Source: Ginkgo biloba (taxonomy: Eukaryota > Plantae > Ginkgophyta). From it: a DNA stretch of 28,481 nucleotides. The position numbers were made by a program, and so were the translations under genes. Position 1 is the stretch's first letter. Each line of letters begins with the position of its first letter. The notes below the pieces were generated by a model that searched no databases, had not been told where the DNA came from, and was given only the letters and a program-made list of their open reading frames with translations. Below, piece after piece: positions 21,003 through 28,481 of this stretch. The stretch is from positions 8,517,945 to 8,546,425 of the forward strand of contig JANKJI020000004.1 of assembly GCA_024626585.2 (NCBI GenBank), given 5' to 3'.

Positions 21003-21700
21003 TCACATATGGGAGCTAGACACGTCAAAAGAAAGAAAGGCAAACATTCCAATGTGACAATTATGACCCAATCTAGATAAAGATCCACAAGTTACTATGA
21101 CACTCTGAGGAAGTTCAATCAATAATGCGATCGTTGATGAAGGGTCCGTAGTAAATGTTGATGCAGGGGCATCACCAAGAGTTTGTTGAGTTACAGTCTT
21201 GGCAATGATTTTGGAGGAGTTAGTGGCAGAAATTTGGACAAACAGGTGAAGTTTGGCTTGAGTTTGGACGAGCAAACAATGGGGTTGAAGCAAACGACCT
21301 AGAGAAACATTTAATAGTTGCGACGAAATGGCTAGCAGAAGGCACCGTTGGAAAGAGCGCGGAAAAATATTGGAGCTAGTAGAATCGTTCGTCAATTGGA
21401 CTTCAGGAAGGTTGGCGAACAGAAGGAAGAAGATAGACAAGCGGGGTAAGGTTGTTAAACGAATGAGCAAAGGGCACCTTGACGAGCAGACAAAGGAAAG
21501 TCGGGCGGCGGATGGCATAAATCGTTCGTCTAGCATGTTAGATGAATGACATCCATCGTTTGTCATGGGACGAACGGGTCGACGAAGAACTTTTGATGGG
21601 AATTTTAAATGAGCTCGCGGTGAATTAAAAGCGCACTTGGGGATCCGTCGGAAGAAATTAATGCACTGGTAGTCAGGTAATAAAGTGATTAAAAGGCTTC
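21003..21700 (-). mobile_element. CpG-richer, probably younger retrotransposon internal segment with a 187-codon ORF
   Basis: Abrupt compositional change near 21000, recurrent acgaa/tcgttcgtc words, and an S/T/L-rich ORF with no recognisable domain. Confidence 0.35.
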
Positions 21701-22019
21701 AATGACTCTATTTTTGAATTAATGCGGTTAGGTAAGGATTCTTGGAGGGATGCTACCGAGTAGCTTGGCAAGGAAGGAAAGGAAACGGGGGAGCAAATAG
21801 CAGCAAAGGAAGGTTGGAAGACCGATGGGGGGGCGACAAGTCTAGCGAGAAGGTAGCACAGGGTGGTGTGAAGGAAAATGATTATGATGATTTAACCCCC
21901 ATAATAATAGAGCCTATAAATGCATGATAGAAACAATTTTAAGGAAGCTGTGAGGAATTTGATGGCTGTAAAATTGTTCAAATGCTCTTGAATAAATAAA
22001 TGTATGATTGAGGTGGATT

Positions 22020-22135
22020 GAGGAGAGCCTTGTTGTGTGGTCTTAGTTGACTGTCGCTTCTGCACACGACACTCCACTGTTAAGGCATATTGGAATGCTT
22101 TGTCGAGGGTGGTCACATCAAGCAATTCGAACTCC
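22020..22135 (-). mobile_element. Ty3/gypsy gag fragment
   Basis: EFELLDVTTLDKAFQYALTVECRVQKR matches the gag C-terminal helix pattern ELxLxxxxTLxxA(F/Y)QxALxVE. Truncated by a gap. Confidence 0.55.
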
Positions 22136-22235
22136 NNNNNNNNNNNNNNNNNNNNNNNNNNNNNNNNNNNNNNNNNNNNNNNNNNNNNNNNNNNNNNNNN
22201 NNNNNNNNNNNNNNNNNNNNNNNNNNNNNNNNNNN

Positions 22236-23200
22236 TGTTTGGTCATTTGCTTCTGCAAGATATCCACCAAACCCTCCTTCTCCCTTAGCTTCCTATTGAA
22301 TCTTATATTTTGTTGTTGTAACTTGAACATCTTGCGATTCATGTTACCAACTTTCACCCCCAAAGCTCCTAGCTTGAGCATTTCATGCTTGAACTTGGGC
22401 GGAATGACATTCATGAACTGCTGATAAAACTCCTGATATTCTTTTGATTTGTTGTCACATTGCTCGTTCGGGACTATGGTATTAATAAATATTTTCATTC
22501 CTTAAACCAAGCCCTCTGTTTCTTGCAATTGCCTTCTCAATTGTTTGTTGTCTTCATTTGGTACCACCAGTGGTGGAGTACGACGAAGAATTGCCCGTTG
22601 TTGGAATTCTTAGGTCAGGGCCATAATCATTTTTCCCAAAAATGATGATCTCCAATCATAGATGTTACTAGGGTCGCATAATTCAAGGGGTAGGCCTGTC
22701 TCATATATCTTCTCTTCCCTCAAAACTTCTATCTCCTCCATTGGCAATGTGCCAACAACTTTCGTTGCCCTTTTCCTCTATTCTGCTTCCAAGTCTATCG
22801 ACGACACATGGGACATGCTTGTATCCTACCACAATTACTGCTAGCAACCTTCTTGGGTTGGGGCATGTCCCTCCTAGATTCTTCAATCCTAGCTTGGTGC
22901 TTGGCCGACTTTCCTCCCTAAACCAACTTTTATGACGCCTTGCATTTACTACTCCCCGCCCCACCTGCTTCTGAACTTGAACTAGCTTATGGTTGTGTTT
23001 GCCATAGAAGCATTCATTCCAAGATTCTTCAGTTTGCAGCATCCCGAATGCTTCCAATTTGAGAATCTTCACCTTCACACATTGTTGTCCATTGCTTAAG
23101 CAACGGTTTCCTGCGTTGAATTGTCTCTCGGGGCAATGTGATCTTCTCCCATTGTGAATAAATGAGTCCTAGCAATATAGTGGTGACGCAGCCAGTTCCT
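22236..23200 (-). mobile_element. Degenerate coiled-coil ORF region, probably a retrotransposon accessory ORF
   Basis: NRKMFKLQQQNIRFNRKLREKEGLVDILQKQMTK plus further broken minus-strand frames up to about 23080. Assignment is by context only. Confidence 0.35.
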
Positions 23201-26200
23201 CAAACCCTTCGACTACTGGAAACTCCCTAGGATCCTACAAAACAATTGCCTTTGTCCCTTGGTCCAATGGCCCTACCCCTCAAGGGCGTTTATTCAATTG
23301 ACCCACTCAAACACAAACAAAATGCATAAGACAAAAAATAACCACATGCAAAGTCCAAATATTTCATTTAACTTAGCTCATTGGCCTAAAACACATTACA
23401 TACATGAAGACCAAGCTCTTACATAAAATATGGCTCACGGCCTAAATCACAGGTTACATACATACATACCCCATTGGAGTTTTAGTTACATTTTCAAGGC
23501 TCCCTCTGTAGTGCCCCTAACAGGTCCCACTACCAAAATATTGCTCCANNNNNNNNNNNNNNNNNNNNNNNNNNNNNNNNNNNNNNNNNNNNNNNNNNNN
23601 NNNNNNNNNNNNNNNNNNNNNNNNNNNNNNNNNNNNNNNNNNNNNNNNATAGCCTCTAATTAAAAATGGAATATTCCTAGAATATTTTGAATTCTAAGGT
23701 ATAAAAATTTAGAAAATTCATTTTTTTTGTTGTTTGAAACGACACCCAATTTCAAATTTCAATTGAATTGGCAAGACAAGCAGGGATTTTTTTGAATCGA
23801 CGAGGAAAGTAGGGACTGATGGTTGGGCTCTGAGATAAAATTCAAAGTTTGTTTTTGTTTTGTAGGCGCGAGCGAGGGTAGTAGGAGTCGTCAGGAGCCG
23901 TGAGGACACATTGCAAACCATGAGGAGAATTTTTGAAACTCGAGTGAGGAGCTACGTTTGAAAGCAATTCAGAGGGAATGTAGTCGCTTGGACACGATCG
24001 AGAGATGCGATTCAGAGGGAACAACGATAAAGAACTACTGCAATCCACTAAAAATCTTGTCAAGCAAATTAGTTCAATGAAATTCGAGAAGGATGCTAAA
24101 GATACTTCTAATATATTTTTGGGTCTACTTGTTATTTGTTTTTACTATCCTAACTAAGTGATAATGTTGGCCAACCTTGTCTAAATATCATATGGACTAC
24201 CCCAAATACTAATTTTGAATTACTTGTTGTGTATTTGAAAAGCCACCAACCTAGTTAAGTTGTTTTCTTAGGTCCACTATATGATAATTAATAAATATGT
24301 GATTTTTTTCCAAACAAAACATATTCAATGTGACATTATTTGATGTTCATTATATGCATATTATCTAAACACATATATTTATTTAATTTCTTCTCATAGC
24401 ATAGAGGCAATAGTGCACTTGTTATTAATCAAATAGAACATAAGTCCATCAAGTTGCAATTCAATGTGCATTTGGGATCATGTAATTCCACCGAATGGAA
24501 ACCACAGATGAAATTGTCAATGTCAGTGGAATTCCAACATAAAAGTGTTCGAGTTCTCAAACTTTCACAGGGATGCAAGCGGGCATGATGGTGACATTGG
24601 GTGTTTAAATGACCCAAGTTCTAGGCTTAACAACCAACACTTTAATTTTTATTACAAATCCACTACTCGGATTGCAACAACTCCACCATTGGAATTCCAC
24701 TTGGTGGTTTGTACACAACTCCCAATAAAAACTTGATATGGGCACATAGACACCATTAGAGATACATTTTATGTCGTTTGGATATATCAATACAAATGTT
24801 TCCCAAGATGAGTGAATTCATCCCAAAAGTCATGTCCATTAAGCCATTTAGCGGCATGTCATAAATAAATTTTATATGTAAATCGACATCATCAAAATAA
24901 AATTATGTATAGACAAATTTTTCAGCATCAATCTAACAAAATAATAACAACACATAGAGTATCTTGCATAATTTTGATGAGTTGAAAGCTTTTGCACTCT
25001 AGTTTTGGTTTAGATGCTATAACTTCATAACTTGCATTTTTATGAAATCATCAATCTACCTTAGTACTGTGGAAAGTCCAAGTGATGGTCTGAGAGCCAA
25101 ATCCACATATAATTGCTCCTCGGGGAGGTTGGTGTGCATACCTAAGACATGCTCACAAGCACTATGTATTACATTAGTTGATGGATGCATTTTAGCACAT
25201 GACAATAAAGTAATTTCAACAAACATATATATTAATCATTATATCTTTGACTATTGCATCTGTCAGGAGTCATCATGCTATATTCTAGAGTTTATTNNNN
25301 NNNNNNNNNNNNNNNNNNNNNNNNNNNNNNNNNNNNNNNNNNNNNNNNNNNNNNNNNNNNNNNNNNNNNNNNNNNNNNNNNNNNNNNNNNNNNNNNAGAG
25401 AAGGGCAATGCTTCTAGATACTTGTTCATCCAATAGTGAGGCTTGATGTCCTTTAGAGTTACTATTGGAATTTGATTTGATTGGTCAATGAAGTATGATA
25501 GAGAAAGTGTGTCTTAAGTTGTAGTATATCATGATTGGGTTTTGATATCTGTGATTGGGTTCTGATATCTCATAAGGTAGATTTCTTTCGTTGTAGAAGT
25601 AGCATTTCAATCCTTACAAAGGAAAAACATTATTTTAACCATATCCACTCTCTTCTTAGATATGTTGGAGCAAAACTGCTTTTTTTCTTTTTCTGAATGT
25701 GAGATGATAACTTTTACATGAGCTTCAAATATGCTTCGCTTGCATAAGCATATGCACACGAGAGCCATTAAAATGGAGTAATTAAGTAAATCTCCTTGGA
25801 AACCATAAATACTTGTTATTTTATAAATGCACGGCTAGAACATTTTGAACTTGTCCAATCTGGTTCATATCTGGGTTTATTTCTGGTCCTAGTTATTTTG
25901 GACAAGCCTCATGTAATTAAGCACTTGTAGATTTTTGATGTGAAGGCAAAGCATGATTTGTCTAGGGGTTAGTGGGTAGTACTTGCTGGTGTTCACTACT
26001 TTCACTCAGGCTGCATGTGTACACAACGTAGGCCTATTGTTGTGTGCAAATGTGCTTAGCAACTGATGATTTTGGGCATCTAGAAGCCTGTCTTGATTCC
26101 CATTTCTAGGGGGACATTTATGTATCATTTGCTAAATTGTCTTCTATTGTACTATGATCTATTCAATTTGACTAACATGGTTTGTTCATTGTTGGCTTTG

Positions 26201-27040
26201 ATTATCTTCAACCTCTGGATTACAGCAAGGTGATTTTACTGCTGCATATGCAATTAGGGCCATTTTAATTCAGACCCTGCATTTCTTTCCATATTTGATT
26301 TTCATTATTGTTTTGTTTTCTTCTCATTTCTTTCTTTCAGCTGTCTACAAAGGTTTATGGATGTTCTGAAGGGTTTGCAAAATGGCATGTTAATGAGTCT
26401 CTCCAAGAGATTCCCTCCTGAGATTAGACTACAAATAAAAGGAGAAAAGGTTCCAAGTTATGCAGTTTGCTGTTTAATTATTCTTTAGTTGTATTTTTCA
26501 TGTCCTTGATTTCTTGTTTCCATGAAGTATATCTCAACTCAAGGGGTCACTATCCTTTGACATTCAGCTGTAGGATGTTTATTCATATTTAGTTGTCAAT
26601 TCACTTAGGCTCTAAACTTAGAGTGTTGCAAACTAAAGTGATTCATTGGTTGTTTTAACCAGTAAAATGCTTAACAACACATATGTATATAGGATTGCAA
26701 GTTGAGGATGTGACAAAATTGGTGCTGGAAGCATTCTTAAACTTACTTTTGTTATGTTCGCTTGCTAAGTCTACATGCGATTGGGTTGCTTCTTTTGTTA
26801 CACCCCTTTTCTATAGCATCCTTGGTTGGAACTCTTCTAGAATAGATTGCCCTACTAAAAGCTACAAAAGAACATGGTAATAAGTTTTATAAAAAACTAT
26901 GAACTATATAATATAGAAAAAGGGAAATATATCTAATATTATATGTTATAAATAATATATTTAGTGTCAAGAGGATATTTCCCCCTTGGAGTTGATCAAA
27001 ATGAATTTTCTATACTTTGACAAATCCTCCAATATCAAGA

Positions 27041-27064
27041 GGGTACATCATTTGGTATTAGTGC
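27041..27064 (+). mobile_element. 5' LTR end and primer-binding site (tRNA-iMet type)
   Basis: GGGTACATCA|tt|TGGTATTAGTGC: an LTR ending in CA followed by a 10/12 match to the canonical TGGTATCAGAGC PBS. Confidence 0.65.
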
Positions 27065-28256
27065 TTGGTCTTGACTTCATTATTATTCATTCTCTTTTCT
27101 CTTAGTGGTGCATTAGTTGGATTTATTTGGTAATATGGNNNNNNNNNNNNNNNNNNNNNNNNNGTATTGGATATCTTTCTTATAGTAAGTTGGATTATCC
27201 ATAATAGGATTGGGATCTAGCTTATTGATACATTGGTTGACTTAAATTTATAAGTTGTGTTACCCATAATAAGTGTAAGAGTTTGATTAGAATAACTTAT
27301 CCATAGAATATTTAAACCTTGTAAGGGAATCCTTATTGCCATTTTTGTTTATTTTCCAGATTTTTTTTTNNNNNNNNNNNNNNNNNNNNNNNNNNNNNNN
27401 NNNNNNNNNNNNNNNNNNNNNNNNNNNNNNNNNNNNNNNNNNNNNNNNNNNNNNNNNNNNNNNNNNNNNCTCTATAATTTATACATTTTGCTCCTTGTTC
27501 CTATTTCTTAATTTTTTTAACATATAAATTCTAATTTTATAGATTTCATATTTCATGAGTATATACATATGATTTGTGCGAGAGATCCAAACCCTTACAA
27601 GATTTATATGATGCGAAAAATATACCAATCCATACATCACTAACTTTATCATGGTTTTTGCAAGATTATATGAATGAAAGCTAATCTTGTATATTCAATT
27701 TATGTTTATGTCATAGGTGGAGGCTAATTATCTTCCTCCAAGCACGCTTTGGTTTCAATAGATTGAAAATTGTTGCCATGAACCACAATTTAGAATAAAA
27801 ATTGAACCCATCATAAGATAAATTACAACAAAACATGTTGTAAAAAATTAAACAAAGAAGATATCAATATTGTTTTCTTATTAAGTGAAAAAAATTGCCA
27901 CACTTTTATAGATGGCTAACATACCCATTATGCCATTTAGTCATATCTATGCACTATGTGCCATAATTAAGAGAATGTGAAGCTATAAATCTACCATTCC
28001 TATAATTGAATAATATGATTTTATATTACGACAAAAATGGAAAGCATTTTATCCAGCAGTTGTAATTAGGCCTTATGTTAAGGGCAGGATTTGCCAAGGT
28101 CAAACCTCACCAAATCGTTATCGACGTACCTCACCACGGTTACGGAGCTGCCACCACTTGTTAAGTNNNNNNNNNNNNNNNNNNNNNNNNNNNNNNNNNN
28201 NNNNNNNNNNNNNNNNNNNNNNNNNNNNNNNNNNNNNNNNNNNNNNNNNNNNNNNN

Positions 28257-28445
28257 TATAATTTTGAGCAACAGGGGAGGTGGAGAGTTGTGTTTTCCTT
28301 CCTAACTGGTGTCTGGTGTGTGGGCCTCTATGCTAGTAGGTGCTGGAAGAGGGTTTGTTGTAATCTCACTATGGGTGAAGATCATGTCACAATTGAGTCC
28401 ACTGTCTTCAAAATTGACAAAGAGGTTAGGAGTATTCTAGAGCAG
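28257..28445 (+). other. Candidate exon/open frame at the window end
   Basis: Stop-free frame from 28257 to the window end, with an ATG at 28371 (MGEDHVTIESTVFKIDKEVRSILEQ) followed by a consensus donor CAG|GTGAGT at 28445/28446. Confidence 0.3.
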
Positions 28446-28481
28446 GTGAGTCTGCTTCTCTTTTTCAAAAAGTTCTCGAGT

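Noticed and set aside
24420-24800. Minus-strand coding remnant
   Set aside because: Frequent stops and no recognisable motif.
25531-25570. 20-bp tandem duplication (a/g)tgattgggtt(t/c)tgatatct
   Set aside because: Real but a trivial two-copy slippage product with no functional context.
26105-26122. ggggacatt as an LTR 3' end; tgtagtgcccc at 23507 and tgtaatgtc at 16849 as LTR starts
   Set aside because: Single terminal words without a matching partner terminus, PBS or PPT, so not sufficient to call.
1-28481. Endogenous virus, organellar insertion or novel multi-gene system
   Set aside because: No RT, movement protein, Rep, or plastid/mitochondrial gene motifs recognised. There is only one intact gene, and contig adjacency is unreliable.

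Overview
AT-rich, CpG-poor eukaryotic DNA from a fragmented draft plant assembly with more than 20 N-gaps, many exactly 100 N. The repeat landscape suggests a large, retrotransposon-rich genome such as a gymnosperm (inference only). One intact host gene is well supported: a two-exon gene, join(3808..4209,7277..8143), 422 aa, with a 3,067-bp phase-0 GT-AG intron. It encodes tandem N-terminal Agenet/Tudor domains, a bipartite NLS-like motif and a C-terminal ENT (EMSY N-terminal) domain, matching the 'plant Tudor-like' Agenet-ENT family. The rest is mainly decayed Ty3/gypsy LTR-retrotransposon debris (gag remnants including one with three CCHC-type knuckles, PPT/LTR junctions, a tRNA-iMet-type PBS, short tandem repeats), plus several unidentified degenerate reading frames and exon-like fragments. 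I found no prokaryotic-type system (CRISPR, operon, defence island), no rRNA/tRNA, and nothing I can support as a new multi-gene system. The best leads are the Agenet-ENT gene with its uORF, possible alternative C-terminus and 41-bp 3' duplication, two gag-only-like elements, and orphan pseudo-exons.
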